Below, in pieces: positions 48,551-60,859 of a stretch of 64,000 nt of DNA. The stretch is from Takakia lepidozioides (lineage: Eukaryota; Plantae; Bryophyta), in the NCBI GenBank assembly GCA_030704615.1, contig CM060732.1:14384001-14448000 (forward strand). The letters run 5' to 3'. Position 1 is the first letter of the stretch; each line of letters starts with the position of its first letter. The notes below the pieces were generated by a model. The model had not been told where the DNA came from and did not search any database. It worked only from the letters and a program-made list of their open reading frames with translations. The position numbers and the translations under genes were made by a program.

Positions 48551-50855
48551 CTATAAAGCCTCCATACGCTTTGCATGAGGTTCAACCAAGGCTGCATAGG
48601 CAATAGTCAGATTATTGGCTTCCTTCCAAGCATTGATAGTCACAGAAAGCTCATTCTTTCGTGATGTGAGTGTTTGCTGCAACTCCAAGATGTACCTGTC
48701 CTTCTCAGCCTCAATCCGACTGTACTGTTGAAAGGTATCCTCATTGCGACGGATAGTAGCCTTCAATTCAGCAATGAGTTTTCCCTGCTCGACTGACTCA
48801 GCCTCCACCATCATACATCTCTCTGCGTGTTTGTTAACTTCTAATGCAGTTTGCTCTAGAGTAGTTGTTAGTGAGGCACATTGGATGGTCATTCTCTGAT
48901 GAACTGCCTCCAACTCTGTATGAAACAACTTCACTTCCTGCAGTTTGCCCTCATGCTTCACTTGCAACTGGTATAACTGCTGCTTGTGCACTTCATGCAA
49001 CTTCTCCTGCTCTAGACCTGCTTCAATCAGGTTTCCCTTTGCAAGCTGTAGGGCAGACTGAGCGTCCTCCAACTCTTTCTGCAACTTATGGTTGGCCTCC
49101 ACATCCACCTTATTTTCACACTCAGTGGCAATTCTTGCCTCAAACTCTTGCTTGAGCTCTTCCTTCAATGCTGCCAATTGTGTGGAAGGAACATGGGATT
49201 TCATATAAGTGCCCAACAAATTTAGTGTCATGCTTATGGCACTCATAAGCATGGCCTGCTGTGGGTCTTCATGAAGAACTTGCTGCTGTTCTCCCTGATC
49301 CTATTTGATGTTTCACAAACCAGTCAGGCCATAATCCTACAAGATCTTCTCCCTGAGCAGCCTGATCCTCCACAGGTGCAGCAGTGCCCTTGCACTCTAC
49401 CCCTTGAACCTCTGTCACAGATTTGGGCATGACTTGCATAGCAGGAATTTCCTTGGTCAGACTCTGCATCTTTGGTGCTACTGTTTCTCCAACCATGCCA
49501 GAGTTTTCATAGAGAAGGTCACCCTTCTCGATTTCTGCCACTACCTGCTCTGTAGTGGGGATGTCCAACCCTTCTCCTTCCACAACAATAGGCTCTGGTG
49601 TAACAGTATGTACTATCTGAGTTACCTCTGGGGCAACTGAGTCAACTGGCTGTGATTGCTATGGTACCGAGGTGACTTCTTCCTCCCTCTCTAAAGGCCG
49701 TGCTTCCAGCAATAACAGCCCCCTGTGTTGCTGTTCCCCATCCTGCACAAGTGCTATGGAAACATCATCTGGTGGTTTTCTTGTAGCTAGTGGATCTGCC
49801 ACTACCGTCACATCCCGCTTCTGTCTCTTGGACTGGTGTTGCCCCTCCAATCCCCCTTCACCTTGTGAAGAGCCCTGCTCCTCAATTGCAGTTGTGGTTG
49901 TCTCAAATACTCCCATCTCCTTGCGTTCTTGCGCATCAAGCAAACAAATGTCAATGATAATTTGGGCAATTATTGGGCCAGACACAATGATCGGGGACTT
50001 AGCAGTAGTATTTTGTAACCGCTTCATCTCCTCCACCAGACCATTGTACATCAACACCGCCCAAGCCACATCCTCTCCCCTCAAGGCTTTCAATACCTCC
50101 TCCGTGAAAGATCTGCTAAGGTACTGTTGGTTCTGTTTCATGGCAAACAGAACGTTCAGTATTTGGCCAACTTCCCTTAACCTTGGGTACTCGGCCTTGG
50201 TGCAGGTGTTTTCCTGGGTCTTAAAGAAACTTGTTTCTTGGAACAAATCCCCTATCTGCAATCTTGCCCTGTGCTCATCCACATTCACATGGCCCGATAG
50301 CAATTCAAACAGTTGCTGCAAGTACTGGGGAGTAATCTCTATATCTACTCCCCTCACCTGTGTAACTCCTGTCCGAGGCTCAAAGTTCTGAATGAATTGA
50401 ATCATGAACCCCCGATGATGCAAGGACCATTCTTTGCGTAGCAGCCCTTCCAATCGCAACTCTTTCAGCAGCTGCACCGCTTTGTGTGTGGCAATTGTCT
50501 GCTTCTGTAGAATCGTGGTGCTCTTCACCTTGATATCCTCCATTCCCCTAATTCTCTTCATCCCAGACAAACAAGAAGGCCTTGTTTGGAATAGCTGTAG
50601 GAAAGCTTGCAGGGCGTAAAGCATGAAAGTATGGTTGGCATAGAAAAGAACGGGTAAGTGAGTGTAAGCCTGTGGGGCTTGCAGATAGTGAGTGAGAGAG
50701 AATGTCCTTTCAACCCGGCCGTCCTTGCGCCACTGCATAAGTAGTAAAGCTAGCGTATAATCTGTGATATCCGCCATAGCTACAAAGCTATAGCTTTGAT
50801 TGCTCCTCCCGTCGAGACGCTGGTTATTCAGAGCAACTCCGACTCTTCCGCTCAT
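48551..50855 (-). pseudogene. Extra ORF downstream of pol (fragments 49659-50855, 49269-49583, 48551-49252): plant-retroelement accessory-type domain followed by a long coiled coil
   Basis: FMIQFIQNF...VRGVDIEITPQYLQQLF resembles the accessory-ORF pattern of Athila/Tat-type elements; E/K/Q/L-rich heptad-like C-terminal part. Confidence 0.55.
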
Positions 50856-51637
50856 AATTTTCTATTTCTTGTTCTTGTTTCTTGGAGGGAACCACCTGCA
50901 TGAAATTCATGTTCCTGATTGGCTGTTGCCTCCTCGGGTAACCTCTCAATTTTACCCCCATCTGCTCACATTCCCACTTGGAATGCCCACTAGAACAGCA
51001 CATGTGGCAAAGGTCCCCCTTTGCTGTACGCGTAAAAGGTTCCGTTACCTGCTCCCTAAATGCATTAATGGGCCCGCAATCATTTCGGCTGTTGTACCGG
51101 GTAGGTACTTTGACGGCCCAGTTTGTCTTTTTGCATGATAACACCCACTATTGCAGTACATGCAAAGTGGAGTGCCTTGCCCCTTAGGCCACGTGTTCGA
51201 ATTTAAACTCTCTCTCGTCTCCCTCTGTCCGCGTGGCTTTTTCTCCGAGTTTGACTCCCAAGCTGACCTTACACTTACCGGCCACTTTCCTAACGTTAAC
51301 CCGCGTCCACTTGTCACCGACCCTATGGACTGTGCAACCCGCGTGGGCTGTGTTGGGCTGTGACAGACTGTGTCAAACTGAGGTGAGTTATGATAGGTTG
51401 TGTTACACTGTGGTGGGCTGTGATATGCTGTGTTAAACTATGGTGAGCTCTAATAGGCTGTGTTACACTGTGGTGGGCTGTGTGAACACCCGTGTTCTCT
51501 GTTATGGCCATACACATTCGGTTTAACAACAAGTGCTTCATGCTCCGTTGGTGTTACTGGTGTAGGCTGTGACGGCATCTATGTTTCAAGATGAAAATCA
51601 TGCTGCAATGGTTTGTCATGGATACCACTGTATCCTT

Positions 51638-54600
51638 TCAACTTATTGGCATTGACTCTACCAAACATCTCTTTGTTAATGGTTTGTAACATGGCTGTCT
51701 TGTTATCATACATATTCTGTATGACATAAGGTCCTTCCATGGCGACTTAAGTTTATAAGCTTTAATCTTTCTCTTCTTCTGCAACCACAAAACCAAATCA
51801 CCCGTCTTAAAAGTCTTCAATTTACCTTCATCAAACTGATCCTTCCTCTTCATCTGAATTCTGGTCATGTTATCTGTTGCATCTGCACGTACTTCCTCTA
51901 CATGATATAATTCATGTTTCCTGACTTTAATTGAATCCTCCAATTCCATTCTTCTTCCCCATTCCGTTCTCATAGTAGGTAATAAGAATTCTACTGGAAG
52001 TAAAGCTTCCATACCATAAACCAATTGGAATGGTGTATACTTGGTTGTGACTTTATATGAAGTCTTGTATGACCACAAAGCTGTAAATAGCTTTGTATCC
52101 CAATCCGTTCTGTTTGCATTGACTATCTTAGCCAAAATAGTGAATAGTATTTTGTTGGTGGCCTTTGCCTGCCCATTGCCCTGTGGGTAATAGGTCGTAC
52201 TCTTCCTGTGCACAATCATGAACTCTTTAGTCAATAGTTCTATGGTCTCATTAATGAAGTGACTTCCCTGGTCACTGATAAATTCCAAATGACAGCCAAA
52301 TCTTGTGAGTATGTTCTCATACAAGAACCTTGATGTGGACTTAGCTGTGTTGTCCCTCAGAGCCTTAGCTTCCACCCACTTTGTAGTATAATCAGTGGCT
52401 GTGATTATATATTTGTTCTGTGTATTCTTGGCTGGTGGATTAATTGGTCCAACAAAGTCTAGTCCCCATTTCTGAAATGGTTCAGTAGGCATCGTAGGAT
52501 GCAAAGCCATCTTCCCAGATCTCTGCAAAGGTCCTAGCCTCTGACATTCATCACAATTCTTGCAATACTTGTGTATATCCTTAAATAGAGTAGGCCACCA
52601 GTAACCTGCAAGTAATATCTTTCTACTGGTAGTCTCCTCTCCAAAATGTCCTCCAACCACTCCCTTATGAACTTCTTCCAAAACTTTATTTACTTCATGG
52701 TGGTACAAGCATCATTTAGGAACTCCATCAGGTCCTAGCTTATACATTCTGCCACCTATCATAGTATAGGGTAAAGCCTTGATAGCTATTCTCTTCCTCT
52801 GTTCCTTCCCATAACTGGGTGGGCACTGACCATGAGTAAGGTAGTATCTGATTGGCCACTACCAATCTAGCCAATCATCTGCACTTCCTTACAACTCCAC
52901 TGCAAATAGACTCGCATCAGGTAGTTGATCGTCTACTCCCGTGGCAGGCTCTCCTGTTGATAGGCGTGACAAGTGATCTGCCACAAGATGCAAACGGCCA
53001 GGCTTGTAAACAACTTCGAATTCAAACTCGTGCAAGATTATTAACCATCTTGCTATCCTGCCATTTATCAAAGGCTTGTTCACCAGATAAATTAAAGCCT
53101 GATGATCCACATAAAACATAAACTTCCTTCCCAATAGGTAATGCCTGAATTTCTTGACTGCATAAATCATTGCCAATGCTTCTCTTTCAGATGTGCTATA
53201 GTTCCTTTCAGCATTGTTCAACAACCTGCTTGCATAGTACATAGGTGAATCTATGTTTCCTGTGACATTTTGGGCTAACACAGCTCCCAATGCTTCTCCT
53301 GAGGCATCACAATGTACATGAAATACTACATGCTAGTGAGTGTTAATCAGCACAAGTGTAGTTGTTACTGACAATGTAAGTGCTTCAAATGCTTGTTGAC
53401 ATTCAGCTGTCCATGCAAACACTGCATCCTTCTTCAAAAGCTTGCTCAATGGAGCTGCCATCTGTGCATACCGTTTGACAAACCTTCTATAATAAGTAGT
53501 TTGTCCAAGGAACCTCCTTAGACCCTTAACGTTACTTAGTGGTGGTGAGGCTTTAATAGCCTCTGTCTTTCTAGGATCCACAAGTAGTCCCTTCTTACAT
53601 ACAATGTGTCCCAATAGTACCCCTAAGTTCACACAGAAAGTACACTTTTCCAGATTCAGACCAAGACCTCTCATCCTGCATCTGGCCAAACGTAATTCTT
53701 ACTTCTGCAAGTGCTCATTCTTAGAGCTGTACACACTGAAATCATCCAAATACTCATGGAAGGATTCACTTATCACTCTCTGAAAAGTTGCTGGTGCATT
53801 ACAAAGTCCAAAAGGCATGACTTTGTATGCATAAACACCCCAGTTTGTGATGAAAGCTGTCTTTCCCTGGTCTTCTTCCGCCACTTGCACTTGGTTATAC
53901 CCACTGAAGCCATCCATGAATGAGTACATCTCATGGCCTGCCACAGTGTCCAGTACAGCTTCTGTGAATGGCAAAGGAAATGGATCTTTCTTTGTACAAG
54001 CATTCAACTTCTTATAGTTTACACAAACCCTCAGTTTGCCATTCTTCTTGGGAACTATCACAATGGGTGACAACCAAGTTGTATACTCTATCGGGTATAT
54101 GAACTTAGCCTCTGTCAACTTCTTGATCTCTTCCCCAACCTTCTGTGCATAGTTGGGATTCATCCTGTACCTTGCCTGTTTGATTGGTATTGACCCTGGT
54201 TCCAGTTCAATCTTATGCTGGCAGATCTTAGGTGGTATCCCTTTTAGATCCTCATAGCTCCAAGCAAATACATCTCTGTATTTGATGAATAGGCTCTTAG
54301 TTTCCTCAAAGAATTCTGCCTCCAAGTCAGCCCCCACTTTCGCCATTCTTGGTTCCTCCTCAGTTCCCACATTCACTTCTCTAACCTGCTCCTCAGCTGT
54401 GATTGTCCATCCAGTCACTACTTCATTTGTAAACTCACAGTGGCTGGTTCTTCTAGGATTTCTATTTCTCCCTCTCTTTCCTCGTAGAAATGTGGTGGGT
54501 AACTACTTGTTTCCCCCTCAATCGGTGTTGCTGTTACTGCACCACAGCAGATACCTTTTAAGCAACTCAGGCCTCTCAGTTGCATTTCTGCAACATGTTC

Positions 54601-55075
54601 CTACCCTGGGTGTGCAGCAAACATAGTAGCTTCCTGCTCCTCATCAAGTCCTCCCCTCCAATCATACTCTCTGACTCCATGAGGTCTTCTGGTAGCAGGT
54701 AGTCTACTAGATTTCTTAGTGGTGACCTGTATCTTGTGCTTCCCATCATGCACAGTCAGTAACTAGGAATTCCAGTCATGGAATACCCTGGCATGTTTCA
54801 GCCATGGCCGACCCAGCAATAAGGAATAAGCTTCCATGACATCATCCATTTTCAACACAGTCACTGTGATCTTAAAGATCATCCTCTGAATCTGTATCTT
54901 AACTCCTCTTATCAAGCCTAATGGCTGTACACTCCTTTGATCTGCCATTATTACTGTGAATGGGGCTGGTTTCATGTTACTTAGACCAAGCTTTTGCCTT
55001 AATTGGTCTGTCATAATATGGTGAGCCTCCATCTATCAGTATATCAGTCAAGTCTGTGCTTCCAATTCTCAATTG
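51638..55075 (-). pseudogene. Gypsy pol: protease, RT, RNase H, integrase, with stops and frameshifts
   Basis: LIDGGS near 55040 and LLLGRPWL; WLSPIVIVPKKNGKLRVC, DGFSGYNQ, MPFGLCNAPATFQR, YLDD; YYASRLL, YVDHQAL; HKGVVGGH...CDEC, WGLDFVGPI, ISDQGSHF. Confidence 0.93.
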
Positions 55076-55077
55076 GA

Positions 55078-57389
55078 TTACTGGCATAGAATCACCAAAT
55101 CCATGACTGTTTCTCGCCCTTCAGACTTCACATTATAACTTGTCACCTTGCTGTTCAGGTCTGTGTTCTCTGTCACATGAGCAATCTGATTGATTGCTTG
55201 ATACAGCCTGTGCCTACAATGAGGTGCCACATCCAATAGCTGTCCCATGGTAATCTCAACTTTGGTCTGGCATATTACTTCAGCCAGAGTCCTTTCATTA
55301 CCCTGCACTTGTGCAGCTTCTTTCTTCACTTCATCTTCACCTTTTTCATCTTCTCTATCAGAGTCAGAATAATCTGCCATAGGGATATCAATATTCTTCT
55401 GCATTTCCCTTATAGTATCAGCCACTTCCCTGTGCAGTTCCTTCTCACCTCTCCAAGCCTCATCATCTTCAGGCACATCACTGCCATCTTCATTAACATC
55501 TTCTTCCTCATCCTCTGGGGGTATTAGTTTAGCTTTGCTTCTGGTCACTATCATTGTACTTACTTCTGGTACAAAACATGGCCTAACCATGTGAGCTGCC
55601 ACCACTGGGCCCTCATTCACAGGAGCTCTCATCTCATTTTGGTGTCTGATCCAGAATGGACAGACTGCTTTGCGATGCCCCGCCTGATTACAATAGTAAC
55701 ACAGTTCTTCACCATTGGGTCCTCGCCCTTGGTCTGTTCTGGGATTATTTCTATAATCCTGATTCCCTGGCTGGTAATTCCCCCTTGGATTACCCTGATA
55801 GTTGCCTCTGGGATTGCCTTGGTAATTCCCTCTTGGATTACCTCTCCCTGCCATACCATTGTTATAACCACCAGGCCTACCATAGTGGTCTTGATCATTG
55901 TTTCTTCTTGGCTGGGGCTGCACTTGATGCACCCTCACTTTCCTAGGTTCTCGTGCAACTGTCCTTCTGTTGTAATAACAATTCTCAGTAGAATGGTTAT
56001 CCATTTTACAGATAGTAAAATATTTCTCCTTCATGTGGCATTCAGCTGTGGTATGGCCTTCATTCTGGCATTTTGCACACCAAACACCCTTCCTCCAATG
56101 TGTTGCAGCCTCTGTGGCATAATTTTTCAAAATTTCTTCTAGTCTTTTCTCATAGTTATCCCTCTTCAACTTCTCCTTCTTTTTACTCTTCCTTTTGAGC
56201 TCTTGCTCTTCTTCTTCATCTGACTCATCTTTAGAGTCCTCATCATCCCTTTTCTCTCCTGAGCATCCCAATTACTCAATTCTGTTGGCTGTTTCAAATG
56301 CCTCTTTCACTGTATTATGGGGTAGCATTTCCACTTTCTTTTGTAATTCAGGTCTTAATCCACTCACAAACCAGGTCTTCTGTAACCCTGGTGCTGGCAT
56401 AACAGCCAGCTTTTTCATCATCAACTCCATCTTTTCCATGTACTCTTCAACAGTTTCATGCTTCTTTTGCTTTAACTGTTGTAAACTCCCATACACTTCA
56501 TCCTCAGTTTTGCTTGTCCTGAACCTGTTTCGGAATGCTATACTAAGGCCATCCAGGTTAGGAAATGATTATTAGGGAATCTTGCATACCATTCACTTGC
56601 TTTCTTGATAAGTGAACAAGGAAACAGTCTCATCTTGGCATCATCGCCATTCTCATTGTTCACAATACACATGTGCTCAAATTGGCTAATGTGTACATCA
56701 GGATCCCCTTCCCCTGCATATATTGGAAAAGGTGGTTTTGCCCGTGTTGGAGGTACCGCCATCTGTGGCCCTACATCCTGCCCACTGACAGGTACTGGTC
56801 CTCCTGTTGGTGCTGGTCCTTGAGGACCTACTGTTGTAGTGGTGGAACCCCCACCAGGTGTTGGCCCCTGAGCACTCCCTGCTACTGGCCCCTTTGTACT
56901 TATAGTATTCCCAGCTACAGTTGCACTACTTTCCACACTCCCTCTCCTCCCAAAGCCAGATCCAAGCTGCCCGCCTGATCCCCCTGAGTTGACACCTTCG
57001 TTGGCCTGTGATCCAAGTGCTCCACTTGATCCAGGTCCAACAGGTTGGGATGTCCTGGTTGTAGTCTCAACCTCAATTGTTGGGTCTACTTCTTCATACT
57101 TTTCATGTTCCAAATTCTTCTCTTTGTTTTCATTTTCCAAGTTCTTCTCTTGGTTTTCCTCTTCCTCACTCATATAACTCAACTGGAGTGGTGTTGGAGA
57201 GTCTGAACTCTCCGTTGGCTCTGCCACATCCTCCTCTCTTTCTTTGTCTTGTGCTTCAGAAACTGGAGTTCCTGCTTTTGGTGTTCCATGCCAACTCTGA
57301 TCAAAGATTTCTGTCAAATCTTTAATCCAGGGATGTACCTCAGATCTCTCCCCTCCTGGCTGATCTTCTTCCTGTACCAAATCCCTTAA
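55078..57389 (-). pseudogene. Gypsy gag with up to three CCHC zinc knuckles; 5' end cut by the LTR at 57390
   Basis: YAGEGDPDVHISQFE...LFPCSL...ASEWY; LKQKKHETVEEY...FVSGLRP; CAKCQNEGHTTAEC, a degenerate second knuckle, CYYCNQAGHRKAVC. Confidence 0.88.
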
Positions 57390-58690
57390 TGTCGCGCACC
57401 TCACTTCGGTAAGCTCCCCTTCAAGTCATAGTTACTCGCTTTGATGCGCGCGCCTAACTCCCAACCTGGCCGCCGGGCCAACTTGGAGCTTCGGCTGCTC
57501 ACCGAGACATAACGGTCCCCCTTTACTCTTCCAAAAGACCCTCCACCAATTTGGGCCTAGTGGAAATTCCCTTTGGTAGATGGTAGTCCGGAGTAGCTCC
57601 CCACTGCTTGGTCGCTTTCCGGCTTGCTCGCTTACTCTAGTTTTTGTCACCAACGGGTTTGCACCGTTCTCGGGGTTACTACTCCCTATATATACTTCTG
57701 TGACTGTCCGTGGGGGTTTCACAAACAACCCTGCCATTTTATGGCGAACCACCACAAAGACCCTCGACTCCCGATGATGAGTCGCGGTGAGTCTTGGCCC
57801 ACCCACCACGGCCCCACTGGACCGTGATGAGTCCCAAGACTCCCCACGACTCCCACCACAAGGTCTCCGCCCCATGGTGAGTCCTATGCCACCCCCACTA
57901 AGTCCCGCTAAGCTACCACCACCCCTTGTGGAGCCACCCCCACCGCAACCCGGTGTGCGGGGCTCCACCTAGTAAGCGTCTCCGCCTCCTTGAGTGCCTT
58001 GGGCACTCAAGGGTGCTTCAGCCCCCCGAACCTATCGCTGCCACTGCCCCCACCATAGGGGCAGCCCCTCCTGCGTCCCGACCCTGCCCTCAAGGCAAAG
58101 GGCCGCAACACACACCCCTACCAACAGGGAGTCGATGTCCTCATCGACTTGTCCATTTTGTAGAAAGGAACATCCAAGTTGTGGCGTCCCACATCAAGGA
58201 GTTTGTTTCCATACCATGGCGTCCCATGGCAAAGAACCAAACCCCCACTTGACTTTACTCTCCACTAGCTAGTTCGCCCGACTTCCTCCAAGTCCCGGCC
58301 AGGGTGGAACTTCTCAAGCTCCTCCCAGTGCACTCTTCTTGGCCCACTTCAAGGCCAAGGAACGATCCTCCCCGAGGATCGAATCGCCTTACTGCAACAA
58401 CATTGCTTGCGACTCCTTATGATGCCGCTTTTGGCATCACTTTGAGCAAGGGTTCACCTTGAACCCCTTTTTGACTAGGAAGATAACCATGAACCAACCG
58501 TGCGCCCTTATCACTACAATTGGGTCTGCCTTGGAATGCTGGCCTAAGGTACGAGAACACGTCGAAGCCGCACTACGACTTCGTCTCGAGGCTACACGAT
58601 TATAGTACGTGAACGGAAGCACGTAGCTTCTGTGTTAGCCCGCACTACAAGGCAACCCCCTTGGTAGTGTAGTTATAGTTACTCACGACA
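57390..58690 (-). mobile_element. TGTCGC-family LTR (57390-58110) with adjoining internal sequence (58111 to about 58690)
   Basis: 721-bp match to the solo LTR; the adjacent part matches 45890-46460 in reverse complement. Confidence 0.88.
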
Positions 58691-58789
58691 TATCTTCGCC
58701 GCATTACAGGATCTGGAACTTCCAAAAACGGCAATGTCAAAATAAAAACTATTATTTTAATATTTTTTTAATCTGCCGCATTTCCAAAT

Positions 58790-58872
58790 TTGGAGGAGTC
58801 TGCTCATAAAAACCGCGTGTCTTAGACTTCGGCTCATGGCTTATGGTTTCTGCTCATGAAATAGTAAACCTC
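58790..58872. mobile_element. Orphan right-type TIR of a family-B-related MULE
   Basis: TCTGCTCATAAAAACCGCGTGTCTT...TGCTCATGAAATAGTAAACCTC parallels 41022-41090. Confidence 0.75.
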
Positions 58873-60179
58873 CCGACACCTCTCTGATCACTTTGCCCCT
58901 TTTCCTCCCACACTTGCCACCAATAACCAACTCCCCAAACAATCAGCCAAACACTCCTTCTCCACCTATGGGCTTCCCACCCACCCTCACCCAGTACTTC
59001 TTAAGGCTATGCTAAAACTACACGCATACCCAGCACAACACCTCCTCTTCTCCCTCATCGTCACCATCTCCCCGCTACCAAGCGAATGTGACACCTACTT
59101 GGCCACACAGCCTGACTCTCAACTCATCTCCATCTTACTGGACTTACAAACTCTTCCCCCACACACTACCAACTACCTAGCCCCACCGCACTGTCTATCG
59201 GACCTACACACATCACTGAATCTGCTACAATCCCACTCAAGTGTCTTACACAGGAAGCTTGGCGACCACCTCGTCACCCTCACAGCCGCCACTGACCTAG
59301 ACCGACAAAACATCATTGATAAATTCCCTTCATCTCTGATAAAGTCTTAAAGGCTACCCTCAACACCGTTACCCTCCCCTCTGCTGATCACCAACCCCTG
59401 ACTGCTCCCACACCGCGGTTATCCTCCCGTCTGTAACCCAACCTCCCCCTCCCACACAGGACTCCTCATCCAGCCACCCCCCTACCCCCTCCGATACAAA
59501 CCCGCACACTCTTACCATGAGAGCTCCTATTCTGTCAGTTACCAACGCAATTCCATCAGTGACGAAGGTCAACGAAGGTGAACAAGAACATTTCAATCTG
59601 CCCGACGAACTTGCCCGAAAAAAAAAGAAAAAAAGAAAAAAAATGAGAGAATAAAAGATCACATTCCAAAAAGCGAAAAGTACCTTATACAAGGACAGAA
59701 GAGCTACCTTCGTTCAACTTAGATCCAACAAATATATATATTTTTCACCAGCATCATTGGACATTTCCGTAGCATACAATAATCCAAGCTAGAGATTAAA
59801 ACGGCTAAAAGCCATGTAGAATTCTTCCACATTAAAAGTCCATATCTCATGTTGGGTTTTTTTTTTTTTTTCCCCAACATCCATTTATTTCGTTTTTACC
59901 TTTATGTTCTCCCGCTCAGCCTCCACCTTCGGCAGCCAAAGGTGCATGTCAGTACAATGTTGGTTTTATTTTATTTTATTTTATTTTTCGACAGCCAAAG
60001 GTGGCATGTCAGTACAATCCCGTGTCATTTTTCATTATTGTTTCTCACAAATCCAAGCATACAATTACGGGCAGCCCGAGAAAAAATATTATATTGCCAT
60101 GTGGCCGCCGTTTGCGCATCCACGTCACACTAATGGCTGATGACTGATGGCTGATAGCTGATAGAATAGCAAACCCCCT

Positions 60180-60443
60180 CTTACCATCACTACGTGGAAC
60201 GTGGGCTCTCTTGCCTCTAGTATGCAGAGCCTGCTCCACCTCCTCACTGACTCCATGCCTCCTCATATTATTCTACTACAAGAAACAAAAATACACACCA
60301 ACAACTCCACCGGTTCATACATCAACAAACTCATGCCAGATACTACCTCTTATATGCAGGCACCCCCTTCACTGCAGCACAATGTCTTAGACGCCGCTGT
60401 GCCCCATATATCCCCACCCCAGAACACACATTATCATCATTAG
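60180..60443 (+). pseudogene. Non-LTR retrotransposon (LINE) APE endonuclease N-terminal remnant
   Basis: LTITTWNVGSL...PHIILLQETK matches the TWNV...LQET motifs; C/A-rich strand. Confidence 0.65.
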
Positions 60444-60859
60444 TACACGAAATAACTAAAAGTATTATAGCCACTTGCTCCGCCCCTCCTGACATCCCTC
60501 AAACCACCCGTTTCAAACTAAATGGAGGCTACCTTACCAGATTTTGTGTGGTCTACCCTTGCCATCATGCGTAACATTCTAGGCGAGTGCTGACTCTCTT
60601 CCACATTTGCCAAAGCCGGGTCCCTCTTTGACCACTCAAGCCCAGGCTCGAGCTCTCCGTACTGGTGGACGCACGTCCTCTACACCCGGAGCATCTTCAT
60701 CAACATCGGGAGATGACGACAACGAAGTAATAAATCTAGATAAAGATGACTAGAAAGACTAGAAACTTAGGGAGTAGGCCAAAGGTCTCAGGTTGCGAAA
60801 ACTTAAATGTGCAACCCACTGTATAGTCTACATATGTTTTGGAAAATACGAGGTTCATC

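Larger units (their letters stand above)
48351..57389 (-). mobile_element. Degenerate Ty3/Gypsy internal region (non-chromovirus-like) with extra ORFs downstream of pol; its own LTRs not identified
   Basis: Order gag, protease, RT, RNase H, integrase, followed by same-strand ORFs. Confidence 0.88.

Noticed and set aside
47944-58110. LTR copies at 47944 and 57390 as the Gypsy's own LTR pair
   Set aside because: The gag frame runs straight into the 57390 LTR with no PBS or leader, that LTR has its own PPT and internal sequence on the far side, and no TSD brackets the pair.
11991-58880. Pairing the 11999 TIR with the ends at 44669 or 58872 as one giant element
   Set aside because: Flanks do not match (TCTTAACC versus GGTGGCTG or CCGACACC), so there is no TSD support.
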